Position numbers and translations under genes: made by a program
Notes under the pieces: model-generated
Database searches by the model: none
Told to the model about the DNA's origin: nothing
Seen by the model: only the letters and a program-made list of their open reading frames with translations
Source of the DNA: an uncultured candidatus Brocadiaceae bacterium
GTDB lineage: Bacteria; Planctomycetota; UBA1135; UBA2386
Length of the DNA: 58,514 bases
NCBI GenBank assembly: GCA_964469555.1
Contig: CAYYAQ010000011.1
Coordinates: 1 to 58,514 of the forward strand
Direction of reading: 5' to 3'
Shown: piece by piece, positions 28,475-38,514 of the stretch
Layout of the letters: each line of letters opens with the position of its first letter
Numbering within the stretch: the stretch's first letter is position 1

Positions 28475-29583
28475 CCCGCGAAGGTCGCGGCGACGTCATT
28501 CAGGGCGTGGATGCCACGAGAGAGGTCTTCGTCTGAAACCGCGAACGAAAGCCGGAAGTGGGTCGCGCGGGTCGAGAACGCGCTGCCCGGAACGACGAGG
28601 AGTTTGTGTTCGAAACAGGCCTCCATGAAGGCCTCTTCGCTCGCGCCGTTTGGAATCTCGGGAAACGCGTAGAAGGATCCACCGGGAGGCACCAGGCGGA
28701 ACGCGGGGTCGAGATCGGCGACGAGACGGTTGCGCTTGTTGCGGTAATCCTCGGTGTATGAACTCATGTCGAGATCGAACGCGACTTCGAGCAACGCGTG
28801 TTGCATCGGCGCGGGCGCGCAGACGAAGGAGAACTGCTGCAGCGTCTTCATCGCCTCGAGCACCTCGGTCGGTCCGGTCGCGTATCCAAGCCGCCAACCG
28901 GGGATACCATAGGTCTTGGAGAAGCCGCTCAGCTGAATCGTGCGGTCGTACATCGCCACCGGCGAGGCGTAGTGGTCCTCGTAGACGAAGGCGTCGTAGA
29001 TCTCGTCGGAGATGATGAACGCCCCCACCCGTTCCGCCGCGCGTACGACCCCTTCGATCTCCTCGCGGGAGAGCACGCCGCCCGTGGGGTTGCTCGGCGA
29101 GTTGAGGAAGATGATCTTCGTCTTGTCGGTGACGAGAGACTCGATCTCCGCGAGATCGAGGTGGAACTTCGGATAGAGGCCGTAGCACCGAATCGTCGCT
29201 CCGGTGATGTTGGCGAGGTGCCGGTACATCATGAAGTTCGGATCCGGCAGCAGGATCTCGTCGCCCGCGTCGAGCAGCGCCAGGAATGACAACATGATGC
29301 CGCCGGACACGCCCGACGTGACGAAGCAACTCTCCGGACGTCGACCGTAGCGGGTGGCGACGCTGTCGAGGATGCGATCAGCCAGACCGGCGACGCCCTC
29401 GGTCATCGTGTAGCGGTTGTGGCCCTCGCGTATCGCCTTGCACGCCGCCTCGATGAGCTCCTCGGGGGGATCGTAGTGCGCTTGCCCGATGGATAAGTTG
29501 ATCGGGTCGTCCATCGTCGCCATCAACTCGAAGATGCGACGAATGCCACTCGGCTCGATCTTGCTCATCCGGTCGGCGAGCAT
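28471..29583 (-). CDS. PLP-dependent aminotransferase class I/II
   Basis: INLSIGQ, NSPSNPTG, ISDEIY, GFSKTYGIPGWRLG, GSFY, HFRLSF. AGGAG RBS. Confidence 0.93.
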   Translation of the reverse strand: MLADRMSKIEPSGIRRIFELMATMDDPINLSIGQAHYDPPEELIEAACKAIREGHNRYTMTEGVAGLADRILDSVATRYGRRPESCFVTSGVSGGIMLSFLALLDAGDEILLPDPNFMMYRHLANITGATIRCYGLYPKFHLDLAEIESLVTDKTKIIFLNSPSNPTGGVLSREEIEGVVRAAERVGAFIISDEIYDAFVYEDHYASPVAMYDRTIQLSGFSKTYGIPGWRLGYATGPTEVLEAMKTLQQFSFVCAPAPMQHALLEVAFDLDMSSYTEDYRNKRNRLVADLDPAFRLVPPGGSFYAFPEIPNGASEEAFMEACFEHKLLVVPGSAFSTRATHFRLSFAVSDEDLSRGIHALNDVAATFAG

Positions 29584-29683
29584 TGTTTCTCCTGGTCGTT
29601 TCTTGTGGGCATACCGGCACCGTCGGATCTCAGGATAACTGCAAATCCGTCAGGCGGTCCCAAGGAGGGACCGAAAAGCAGGG

Positions 29684-29959
29684 TCAGGACCCGCTCTTTT
29701 CGCCCGCCGCGCCTGCCGCGACTTCCGCGACTTCCGCTGATACGGCGCCGTCTTCACCAGCCGCCGTGGCTTCTTCGGTCTTCGCCTGCTTCTTCGACTT
29801 GGTCTTGTAGACCGTGCGCACCTTGGGCAGACCGGTGACAGCGTCACCCTCCTCCCAGCGACCGACCTTCTTCAGGGCGTTCAACCGTTCGACGCGGGTC
29901 CAGACGTTGCGCACTCCGGCGAGGGCGCCGGACATCTTCAAACTCGTGTGGATGGACAT
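29684..29959 (-). CDS. PVC-superphylum small basic protein (TIGR04137-type)
   Basis: MSIHTSLK...RNVWTRVERLNALKKVGRWEEGDAVTGLPKVR followed by a Lys/Ala-rich tail. Confidence 0.9.
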   Translation of the reverse strand: MSIHTSLKMSGALAGVRNVWTRVERLNALKKVGRWEEGDAVTGLPKVRTVYKTKSKKQAKTEEATAAGEDGAVSAEVAEVAAGAAGEKSGS

Positions 29960-29972
29960 GGATCTGTTGGGA

Positions 29973-30701
29973 TCACTCTCTCTTGTACAACCTCGGCACG
30001 GCCTCGAAGCCCAATTCGCCTTCCAGCTCCTGGAGATCGGCCAAGGCCTCGTACTTGTCGTCCGAGGGGGCGACGTAGCATACGGTTGCCCATCTGGAAA
30101 TCGAGCCGTTCTTCCGGAAGAGGATTCGCGCTTTTTCGATGCCCCGGCTCCGGAGCCGTCGGGCCAGGTCGGCGGCCTTGTCCCGTTCCCCAGGATAGTA
30201 AACTCCGACGACGTAGAACTTGCCGGACAGGGTGGCGATCTCCTCGACGGCAGTCAGATCGGGGGCCGTCTGCCGGAACTCCCCGGGCCGCTGCGCCTGG
30301 CGGTTCTGCAGGCCCGAGTCCGCGTCGAGCCCCCTGGTGAACTTGCCGATGAGGAAGCCGCCGCCGAGCGCGACGGTGATCATGCCCACGAGGAGCCAAC
30401 CGGGGATGAGCAGCCCGCGGGGCACCTGCCGCGGCGGGTTCCGCCGGCTGGCGGGCGTGGCTCGTCGGCGGGCCGGCTTCCCGTCGTCGCTGCGCATCGA
30501 GCGCACGGCGCCCTGGACCCACCGACCGAGGGTGCCGCCGGCTTCCTTGACCGTCGCCGCCGCGTCCTTGCCCTTCGACGCCGGGTTCTTGCCCTTCGAC
30601 GCCGGGTTCTTGCCCTTGGACGTCACGTTCTTGCTCTTCGTCGTGCTGCGCTGATGACGCTCCGCTAGCAAGGCGAAGAGATCCTTGGCTTTACGTGCCA
30701 T
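29973..30701 (-). CDS. Single-pass membrane protein with C-terminal SPOR-like domain
   Basis: GGAG RBS; basic N-region; TM LLVGMITVALGGGFLIG; FYVVGVYY...AADLARRLRSRG...WATV C-terminal domain. Confidence 0.65.
   Translation of the reverse strand: MARKAKDLFALLAERHQRSTTKSKNVTSKGKNPASKGKNPASKGKDAAATVKEAGGTLGRWVQGAVRSMRSDDGKPARRRATPASRRNPPRQVPRGLLIPGWLLVGMITVALGGGFLIGKFTRGLDADSGLQNRQAQRPGEFRQTAPDLTAVEEIATLSGKFYVVGVYYPGERDKAADLARRLRSRGIEKARILFRKNGSISRWATVCYVAPSDDKYEALADLQELEGELGFEAVPRLYKRE
30567..30641 (-). repeat. In-frame 21-nt tandem repeat (NPASKGK), ~3.5 units
   Basis: CTTGCCCTTCGACGCCGGGTT twice exactly, then two degenerate units. Confidence 0.9.
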
Positions 30702-30845
30702 GCTCCCTCCCTGGGGATGATTGAGTTGACCGCCTGTCACAGACCGCGCGCGGTCTGACCGGACAGCGCACGCCCACGCACCGACCGTATCGGTTACGCG
30801 GTGCCGTTGCAAGAACTTGCAACCGCAGCGAGCGGGTTGCCCGAC

Positions 30846-33557
30846 CTACTTCAGCAGCGCGCGGATCTTGTCCACGGTGACCTGATCCGCGTCGCCGGGG
30901 TTCGCAAGGAACTCCTCCCCACGGCGCTTCGCGTCGTCGGCACGACCCATCCTCTGCAGGATGTCGAGCAGCGGGAGGAGGAAGTGGCTCACGTCCTGCT
31001 TCCTCTTGCGGCCCAACCGGAGCGCGTTCTCGAAGGCATCGAGGGCCTCGACCAGCTTCTCCTGGTTCATCCGCGCGAGACCCAGCTGGAAGAACGCGTC
31101 GGGTCGATCCGGTGACAGGAACGCCGAGCGACCAAAGGAAGCCTCGGCGACCGCGGCTTCTCCCGCGCGGAGCCGCTCGCGACCGCTGCGCTCCAAGGTC
31201 TCGCAGTGGGAACGCACGGCCTTCCGCACCGCATCGACAGCCACGTCTCTTGGCGCGATCTCGAGGAACGTCTTGAAGTGGTCCATCGCCGTGTCCCGAT
31301 GCGTCATCGTGAGCATCCATCCGTAGTCCCGGTGCGCACAGGCGAGCTGTCGCTTGACGTCGGGGTTCTCGGGCATCTTCCGCATCGCTTTCTCGAGCAG
31401 CACGATCGCTTCGATGAACTTCCGCGGCCGGCTCTTGCAGAGCACCGCCGCCTGCACCATCCAGCCTTTCGGGTCGTCGACGTTCAGCAAGCGGATGCGA
31501 TCCGCGTAGTCCTTCAGCTCTCCGACCGGAATCCGATCCCGCTTCGACAGGGCTTCGGCGCTCAGGAGGTTCGCCAGGAGGATCATCGCGTCCCGGTTGC
31601 CGGGTCGGTTGCCGAGGTAGGCCTCCAGGTAGCGCCGGGCATCATCGCGACGCCCCTGCACCGCGTAGATGTTGCCGAGCAAGTAGTGCAGCGAAGGATC
31701 GTCCACGCCCGCGAGCAACGCTTTCTTCACGCACTCCTCGGCGTCCTCCGGCAAGTCGTTCGCGACGTAGAGCCTCGCCAGCAGGATGCGTGCTTCGGCG
31801 CGCTTCGGTCCGGCCTCGATCGCGCTCTCGTACAGCGGCACCGCACTGAGCACGCCGCCCATCGCCTCGGCGATGCGGCCCTTCAGGATCAGCGCGCGAT
31901 AACAACGCGGGTCCTTCCCGAGCGCCGCGTCGATCCGACTCGAAATCGGGGCCAACCGCGCTTCATCCGAAGCGAGCCATCCGGGCTTGACGTCGACGTT
32001 CGGATCGTTTCGCTCCTTACGGACCGCATGGACGAGCTTGACGTACATCTGCTCCGCGTCCGCGGCGACCACGGAAGCGTGGGTCGGCGCGAGTTCGCGC
32101 GCCTTGGCGAAGTACACGTCGACCATCGTGCGGCTGTTCTCGACGCTGAAGCACTCGGCCGTGCGCAGGTAATACTGGAGGAGGCATTCGTCGGAGACGT
32201 CGGCGCGCCGTCGTTCGGCCAGGGCGCAGAGAGCCTCCGCGGTTCGCGACGCCTCGGCAGTCTGGCCGAGATTGGCGTAGAGCTGCACCTGGGTCTCGAG
32301 AGCCCGCAGTCGCGTCGCGTTCTCTGGCAGAATCGGCATAACCCTCAGCACGTGCGCGAACGCCTCCCTGCGCTGATCGTCGAGGGGGCTATCGGCCAGG
32401 CACTGGGCGAGCAGGATCGCCGCAACCGGGCTGCGGTCGGCGACGTCACGCCACAGGTCGACCCCATCGTCGTACCGCGGCGTGAGTGTCAGATCGAAGA
32501 CCGCCAGACCGAGGAGCGCGACGGTGCCGATCGCGACCGCTGCTCCTCGCGGAACGGGAATGCTCGCCACGACGAACGCGGCTCCGGCCACGGCGAGGTA
32601 GCCCGCCAGATCGGGCTGCGGCGCGCTGGTCAGACCGCCGAGCACACAGGCCACAGCGACCCACGTCAGACCAGTCGCGACCCCCGCCTCACGCCTGGCG
32701 ATCGCCAGCGCGAGGCCTGCAATCGTGAGCACCACCGCGACCGCAACAACACCGGCGGTCGCGCTCGAGCCGAGGACCGGGTCGAGGACCATCGCGGGCG
32801 AGCGGGGCCAGAACAACGCGAAAAAAGGATCGAGGGTGGCCCCCGGCGTGAACGTGTGCACGGGCAAGCCTTGAAGCCACGCGCCGATACCGAACATCAC
32901 GGCCGCGGGCACACCCAGTCGGACCGCCGTCGCCGCGCCGCGACGTTCGCCCCACCATCCGACAGCGTAGCCAGCGACGGGTAACGCAAACGCAACGGGG
33001 GGAAACGAACCGACGGCCAACACGGCGCACGATGCTGTCGCCCAACTCTGGACCCGGCCGCCGGTCTGCAGCCATCGCACGGCGAAGAAAACCGCGAGAA
33101 GCAAGAAGAGCGCAGCCAGGATCGCGGGACGGAATGCGACGACCGACGCGGTCTCGAACACCGCCGGATGCACGGCAAACAAGCCCGCACCGAACATCGC
33201 GCGAAGCGATTCGACACGCAACCGACAGAGGAGCACCAGCAAGATCACAGAGACGCAAAGATGCAGTAGCGCGGAGTGCAGGTGCATCACGCCCGCGAGT
33301 TCCGCGGTGTCACCGACGATCGCGTGATCGAACTGGAACGACAACCACGCAACCGGGGCGTACGCATCGCCGACACGCCCCGCGAAGATGTCGACGAGGG
33401 ATGCGGTGCCGGCCACAGATCCTTCGCGTAGTGGCGCGTCGACGTAGTCAACGAACCCCGGCTGTTGGAACAGCTGGGGCACAACGTACGCGGCGGCGCC
33501 GAGAAGCAGGAGTGCCAGTACCGCCATCGGACCGGGGCGGTGTTGAGCTTCGGTCAT
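30846..33557 (-). CDS. TMTC-like membrane glycosyltransferase (GT-C-like) with C-terminal TPRs
   Basis: Multi-TM N-half (YAPVAWLSFQFD, HLHSALLH, LFAVHP..FE, R..LA.LF), then LW and many TPRs. Start ATG 33557. Confidence 0.75.
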   Translation of the reverse strand: MTEAQHRPGPMAVLALLLLGAAAYVVPQLFQQPGFVDYVDAPLREGSVAGTASLVDIFAGRVGDAYAPVAWLSFQFDHAIVGDTAELAGVMHLHSALLHLCVSVILLVLLCRLRVESLRAMFGAGLFAVHPAVFETASVVAFRPAILAALFLLLAVFFAVRWLQTGGRVQSWATASCAVLAVGSFPPVAFALPVAGYAVGWWGERRGAATAVRLGVPAAVMFGIGAWLQGLPVHTFTPGATLDPFFALFWPRSPAMVLDPVLGSSATAGVVAVAVVLTIAGLALAIARREAGVATGLTWVAVACVLGGLTSAPQPDLAGYLAVAGAAFVVASIPVPRGAAVAIGTVALLGLAVFDLTLTPRYDDGVDLWRDVADRSPVAAILLAQCLADSPLDDQRREAFAHVLRVMPILPENATRLRALETQVQLYANLGQTAEASRTAEALCALAERRRADVSDECLLQYYLRTAECFSVENSRTMVDVYFAKARELAPTHASVVAADAEQMYVKLVHAVRKERNDPNVDVKPGWLASDEARLAPISSRIDAALGKDPRCYRALILKGRIAEAMGGVLSAVPLYESAIEAGPKRAEARILLARLYVANDLPEDAEECVKKALLAGVDDPSLHYLLGNIYAVQGRRDDARRYLEAYLGNRPGNRDAMILLANLLSAEALSKRDRIPVGELKDYADRIRLLNVDDPKGWMVQAAVLCKSRPRKFIEAIVLLEKAMRKMPENPDVKRQLACAHRDYGWMLTMTHRDTAMDHFKTFLEIAPRDVAVDAVRKAVRSHCETLERSGRERLRAGEAAVAEASFGRSAFLSPDRPDAFFQLGLARMNQEKLVEALDAFENALRLGRKRKQDVSHFLLPLLDILQRMGRADDAKRRGEEFLANPGDADQVTVDKIRALLK

Positions 33558-33664
33558 TTTGGTTGCGACCTTGAGGGGGCGGGGAGTATACCGCGATGGA
33601 CCTTGCCCGCCTCCCCCGTCGGAATGTTCGACAACTCCGGCGACCACCTCGAGATCCCAACCCC

Positions 33665-34507
33665 ATGATCCGAACCCTCCTGCCAGCAAGCTGGCTCGTG
33701 GGTGGCCTGACCACCCTTCTCCCCGCCCAGGCCCGGTTCGCGGCACCGCTCCCGAGCGTGGATGAGGGCCTTGTCGAGGCGAGCCTCCCGGTCCTGCAAG
33801 CCGCCGAAAGCAAGGGCAACTGGAAAAGCTCCTTGAACCTCGGCGCGACCTACGCGACCGGCAACACGACGCTCCGCACCGCGAACATGGCGACCGACGC
33901 CACGCGGAAGAGCGGGCGTCACGAGACGACTCTCAACGCCGCGTGGAACTACGCCGAACAGAAGGACAACACCACGCGTAAGTGGGGCCTCGACCAACGA
34001 CGCACGTCCGGCGGCGCAAAGCAAAAGTACTACTTCTCGGACGAGGAACGCACGTACGGATTCGTGGCCGTCGACGCCGAGAACAATCTCAATCAGGCGA
34101 TCGACCTTCGACTCACCGCGACCCTCGGCGTCGGTCGCCAGTTCATCAAGGAAGAGGACCTGAAGTTCTCCGTCGAACTCGGCGCCGGTGACTTCGTCGA
34201 ACAGTCGCGCACCGTCGGGGTCAAGGACGCGGAGTTCACCACCGGCCGCGCCGGCACCGACCTCGCCTGGGACATGAACGAGGACTGGCAACTACTCCAC
34301 GCGCTGAAGTTTTTCTTCAGCCTCGAGGACGGCGACGAGATGTACGGCGAGTCGGACGCCCGCCTGCGTGTATCCATGGGCGAGGGCCTGTTCGCCCAGG
34401 CCCAGTGGATCCTGCAGTGGGACAACACGCCGTCCCGCAACGCCAACGGCACCCGCAACGACAGCGTCGATCACCTCTTTCTCCTGTCGATCGGCTGGGC
34501 GTTCTAG
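33665..34507 (+). CDS. DUF481 (YdiY-like) outer-membrane beta-barrel protein
   Basis: Signal peptide; WKSSLNLGATYATGNT; amphipathic strands; WDNTP; C-terminal GWAF. Confidence 0.85.
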   Translation: MIRTLLPASWLVGGLTTLLPAQARFAAPLPSVDEGLVEASLPVLQAAESKGNWKSSLNLGATYATGNTTLRTANMATDATRKSGRHETTLNAAWNYAEQKDNTTRKWGLDQRRTSGGAKQKYYFSDEERTYGFVAVDAENNLNQAIDLRLTATLGVGRQFIKEEDLKFSVELGAGDFVEQSRTVGVKDAEFTTGRAGTDLAWDMNEDWQLLHALKFFFSLEDGDEMYGESDARLRVSMGEGLFAQAQWILQWDNTPSRNANGTRNDSVDHLFLLSIGWAF

Positions 34508-34551
34508 AAACGCCTCTCGGGTTCGCGAACCCGGCGGGCTAGTCTGTGGCC

Positions 34552-35316
34552 ATGCCTCATCGGGACGCGGTTTCGGCTCTCCTGAAGCACGCCGCCGCGT
34601 GCTACGGCGAGGACTTCCCGCTGTCGTGTGATCCAGCGAGGCTCTCGGCGGTCGCCGACGCGCCGCCGCCGCGCACCCCCACGGCAGACCTCGCGCCGAC
34701 ACCCGACGCGACCGCCGGGGGACAACCCGAGGCGGCGACCCCCGCCTCGCCGCTCGAGGACCTCGCCGCCGAGGTCGCCCCGTGCACCAAGTGCAAGTTG
34801 CACACGGGGCGCAAGAACGTCGTGTTCGGCGAGGGCAGCCCCACCGCACGGGTGATGTTCGTCGGCGAGGCGCCTGGCCAGGTCGAGGACAACACCGGTA
34901 GACCGTTCGTCGGCCGCTCCGGCCAACAACTGGACAAGATCATCGAGAAGGCGATGGGCATGCACCGGGAGGACGTGTTCATCGCGAACATCAACAAGTG
35001 CCGCCCGCCGGGCAACCGGGATCCCGAGCCGGACGAGATCGCGGCGTGCATGCCCTGGCTTCGCGCCCAGATCGCGATCATCCAGCCCGAAGTGATCGTA
35101 ACCCTTGGTAGAGTAGCGCTCTGGAATCTTCTGGGCGTGTCCGAATCGATGCGACGCATGCGCGGCAGGGAGTTCGACTACGAGGGGACGCCCGTCGTGC
35201 CCACCTGGCACCCCGCCTACCTGCTGCGCACCCCATCGGCCAAGGCCGACACATGGGAAGACATCAAGCGGGTGAACCGCATGCTGGGCAATCCCGACGT
35301 GCCGCCACCAGTCTAG
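34552..35316 (+). CDS. udg: Uracil-DNA glycosylase family 4 (Fe-S)
   Basis: CTKCKL, VFGEG, FVGEAPG, GRPFVGRSG, NINKCRPPGNR, TWHPAYLLR. Confidence 0.93.
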   Translation: MPHRDAVSALLKHAAACYGEDFPLSCDPARLSAVADAPPPRTPTADLAPTPDATAGGQPEAATPASPLEDLAAEVAPCTKCKLHTGRKNVVFGEGSPTARVMFVGEAPGQVEDNTGRPFVGRSGQQLDKIIEKAMGMHREDVFIANINKCRPPGNRDPEPDEIAACMPWLRAQIAIIQPEVIVTLGRVALWNLLGVSESMRRMRGREFDYEGTPVVPTWHPAYLLRTPSAKADTWEDIKRVNRMLGNPDVPPPV

Positions 35317-35453
35317 CCCGCTGCTCTCACCAGCCTTGTAGCGGGATGGTGCAAGTGCCTGTCTGTACAAGGAGGACGGTCGACCGGGTTCGACGCAGAA
35401 GGCGCCGGTAGTTTTGCCATCGCAGTAGAGGTCGGATGAGAAAATCGGGCTAG
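35312..35453. repeat. CTAG-bounded palindromic element, copy 2
   Basis: TCTAGCCCG...CGGGCTAGA ends; homologous to 21111-21248. Its first TAG (35314-16) is the udg stop codon. Confidence 0.88.
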
Positions 35454-35774
35454 ATACCACGACAACCGGAGCAGGCGCCACGAGTTGTGTCCTGTGACCG
35501 GCGACGAACCCGCCCCGCGTCCGGAGTTCCGGCCGGCTCACCGCCTGGGTTTCCGACCCGACGTCCGCAGAAGATCCATCCCCGTATGCGCCCTTGAGTT
35601 CCGAGCATCTCCGGCTTGACCATCCCTCTGCGGAGCGCTACGGTCCGCCGACCCCCTCGCCGGGGCTTGCGTCCTCATGGGCGTTACGGTGATTCCCCCA
35701 ATCACCAAGCTCGAGGCCTCCTCCCACGAATCGCCCCTCCCTCTTCGAATTCCTGACCCCTCAGGGAAGACGAC

Positions 35775-38375
35775 ATGAAGAAGTCCCATACCCTCTCCCT
35801 CGCCGGACTTGTTCTCCCCGTGCTCGCAGGACTCAGCGCCTGTAGCGGCACGACTCCCGCCCCCGCCGAGACCGGCGCTGGCGCGAACACGGAGACCCCC
35901 ACTTCTGCCAAAACACCGAAGGCAGCGAACCCTCAGGACAAGGGGACACCGCAGGAGCAGCAGGAGAAGGCGCTGCTCGCCGACGCGATCCGGAAGGCGC
36001 GGCGCAACCTCGAGACCGGCAACTGGATCGGCGCTCTGCAGGAGGCGGTCTTCGCCCTGCGAGTCGACCCGAACAACGCCGAGGCCACCGACATCGCCAA
36101 CCGCGCCCGCGAACTCCTCGGCGAAACGCCGCCGAGCACCAAGGCCCGCGAAGTCCAAGGCTTCGTGCGGTTCCGCATCGAGCAGCAGCGCGATGAGGCC
36201 CGCGCGATCCGCGAAGCCCAACAGGGTGACGCGCACATGGCAGCCGGCCAGTTCAGCAAGGCTGTCGAGAGCTTCCAGCGCGCCGTCACGGTCCTCCGCT
36301 ACTCGCCGTTCTTCTCGGAGGGCAGCGCACTCTACGCGAGCCTCAACGCGAAACTCGGCCAGGCGCAGGGCGCGCGCAAGCGCGAAAGCGCCGCCAAGAT
36401 CACGCGCGACCAGATCGCGTCGGAAGCAGAGCAGAAGCGCCAGGAACGCATCCAGGCACTCGCCCGCGCGACGCGGGTCAAGCGACTGTTCGAGGACGCG
36501 AACCGCTCGTTCCAACGGGGCCAGTACGAGTCGTGCCTGCGCTCGCTCAAGATGGTCCTCCGCGAGGACCCGTTCCACCGGAACGCGCTCGCCCTCAGCG
36601 ACCTCGCCAGCCGGGCCCGTCACGACACGCAGATGGACCGCCTGCGCCGCGAGTGGAAGGCCACGTGGGCCAAGACCTTCGACGACCTCAACATGGAGGA
36701 CGTGCCGATGACTGACATCTATCGGTACAACCTCGAACGTTGGTTGATCACGAGCCAGCGGCAGCCGCTCGAATTCAAGTCCGAGGAATCCTCGGAGAGC
36801 CCGGAAGAGGCCGCAATCCTCGCCAAGCTCAGCAGCGTCACGCAGGAGTTCAACTTCTCCGAAGCGACCCTGCAGGACTGGGCCAAGTACTTCAGCGACC
36901 GCACCGAGGTCAACTTCGTCGTCACCAAGGGCGCTGCGGAACTCGACAGCGACACGACGACCCTCAAGGCATTCGAACTGCCGCCCATGACCGCGGCCCA
37001 GGCTCTCGACATCATCGGCGAGCAGACCGGCGTCAAGTGGAGAGTCATGCACGGCATCGTGCAGCTGGTGACCCCCGAGTTCGCGGGTGGTCGGATGTAT
37101 CTGAAGCAGTACGATGTCCGCGACATCGTCGAGGGTGTGCCCGACAAGCCGGGCATCGAGCCCAAGCTGACCGTCCCCGGTGAAGAAGAGCCGATCATCG
37201 ATCCCGACGAGGAAGTGAAGCCCACCGTCGTCGACGCTGGCAAGCTCGTCGACCTGATCCGCGACAACATCGGCGGCGAGAGCTGGGACGACGGCAAGGC
37301 GAGCATCGCCGAGCTGAAGGGCACCCTCCTCGTGCGCCACGCCAAGAGCGTCCACGCCGAGATCCACGAGCTCCTCACCGACCTGCGCGAATCGGTCGGC
37401 ATCCAGATCGACGTCGAGAGTCGCTTCCTGAAGGTGACCGACAACTTCCTCGAGGACATCGGCGTCGACTTCCGCGGCCTCGGCAACAACGCGTCGGAAG
37501 GCATTCCTGGCCGCGGCCTCACGAACCGCCCAAACGTAGGCTTCGACGACTTCGGCCGCCGCGAGAACATCAACCCGGCGTCCCCGGGCGAGATCGGCAC
37601 CGGCAGCGAGCCTGGCTTCTTCTACGATGACGGCGGCGACGGCGACCTCTTCGGTCGCACCGAGCACCTCTTCGACAACACCCTCGGCGACAGGAACGGC
37701 CTGGACTCCGGCGGCGGCTTCTCGCTGCAGTATGCCTACCTCGACGACGCCGAGGTCGAGATGATCTTCCGTGCGGTCACGAAGAACGACCGCAGCCAGG
37801 AGATCACCGCGCCGCGCCTGTTGGTCTACAACAACACCCGCGCGAACATGTCGGTCGCCCGACAGACCACCTACATCAAGGACTTCGACGTGGAAATCGC
37901 CCAGGCCGCCGCAGTGGCGAACCCGGTGATCGGCGTGGTCCGCGACGGCGTGTCCCTGGATGTCCGTCCGGTTGTCAGCGCCGACCGCAAGTTCATCACT
38001 ATGGAATTGCGCCCCACGGTCCTCGACCTGGCCCTGCCGATCCCGACCTTCACCACGACGCTCGGTGTCGGCCAGCCCATCAAGATCCAGCTGCCCCAAA
38101 CGACGCTAAAGATGGTGCGCACGACGGTAACGCTGCCCGATGGCGGCACTGTGCTGCTCGGCGGAATGAAGATCTCGAACAAGAAACGCCTTGACTCGGG
38201 CATTCCGATCCTCAGCAAGCTCCCGATCATCAGCTTCCTCTTCGGACGCAAGGGCACCTCGGTCACGAACAGCAACCTGCTGATCCTGATCCGGGCGAGC
38301 ATCGTGATCCCGGCGGAGCACGAACCTGCCTACGTCCCGAACCCGCTCGAGGACCTCATCGGCGGCGACAAATAG
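35775..38375 (+). CDS. Lipoprotein secretin (T2SS/T3SS secretin-family domain) with N-terminal TPRs
   Basis: Lipobox LSA-C; TPR region; N3-like domain; QIDVESRF, APRLLVYNN, GVSLDVRPVVS, TTVTLPDGGTVLLGG, GIPILSKLPIISFLF. Confidence 0.88.
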   Translation: MKKSHTLSLAGLVLPVLAGLSACSGTTPAPAETGAGANTETPTSAKTPKAANPQDKGTPQEQQEKALLADAIRKARRNLETGNWIGALQEAVFALRVDPNNAEATDIANRARELLGETPPSTKAREVQGFVRFRIEQQRDEARAIREAQQGDAHMAAGQFSKAVESFQRAVTVLRYSPFFSEGSALYASLNAKLGQAQGARKRESAAKITRDQIASEAEQKRQERIQALARATRVKRLFEDANRSFQRGQYESCLRSLKMVLREDPFHRNALALSDLASRARHDTQMDRLRREWKATWAKTFDDLNMEDVPMTDIYRYNLERWLITSQRQPLEFKSEESSESPEEAAILAKLSSVTQEFNFSEATLQDWAKYFSDRTEVNFVVTKGAAELDSDTTTLKAFELPPMTAAQALDIIGEQTGVKWRVMHGIVQLVTPEFAGGRMYLKQYDVRDIVEGVPDKPGIEPKLTVPGEEEPIIDPDEEVKPTVVDAGKLVDLIRDNIGGESWDDGKASIAELKGTLLVRHAKSVHAEIHELLTDLRESVGIQIDVESRFLKVTDNFLEDIGVDFRGLGNNASEGIPGRGLTNRPNVGFDDFGRRENINPASPGEIGTGSEPGFFYDDGGDGDLFGRTEHLFDNTLGDRNGLDSGGGFSLQYAYLDDAEVEMIFRAVTKNDRSQEITAPRLLVYNNTRANMSVARQTTYIKDFDVEIAQAAAVANPVIGVVRDGVSLDVRPVVSADRKFITMELRPTVLDLALPIPTFTTTLGVGQPIKIQLPQTTLKMVRTTVTLPDGGTVLLGGMKISNKKRLDSGIPILSKLPIISFLFGRKGTSVTNSNLLILIRASIVIPAEHEPAYVPNPLEDLIGGDK

Positions 38376-38412
38376 CGTCGCTCGATCGCGGCTCCCGCGG
38401 TCAGACCCCGCT

Positions 38413-38465
38413 GGGCTGGGCCCGGCGTGACCAGAATGATTCCCGCGGCACGCCGGGTCCAGCCC
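38413..38465 (+). terminator. 17-bp stem-loop after secretin 1 (terminator or processing/stabilising stem)
   Basis: GGGCTGGGCCCGGCGTG / CACGCCGGGTCCAGCCC (one G-U), 19-nt loop, T-rich run shortly downstream. Confidence 0.55.
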
Positions 38466-38486
38466 CGCTTTGCTGGCTTGTTGTTT

Positions 38487-38514
38487 TTGCGCGGACTGAA
38501 CCGGTCGCTATACT
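38487..38514 (+). promoter_or_regulatory. Candidate sigma70 promoter for the TPR-TPR-exbBD genes
   Basis: TTGCGC, 16 nt, TATACT, with a T-rich upstream tract. Confidence 0.5.

Noticed and set aside
35538..38099. Long antisense ORFs (853 aa here; also 1416-3113, 13201-14874, 31206-32984, 53764-55395)
   Set aside because: Shadow ORFs opposite well-supported genes, expected from high-GC codon bias.
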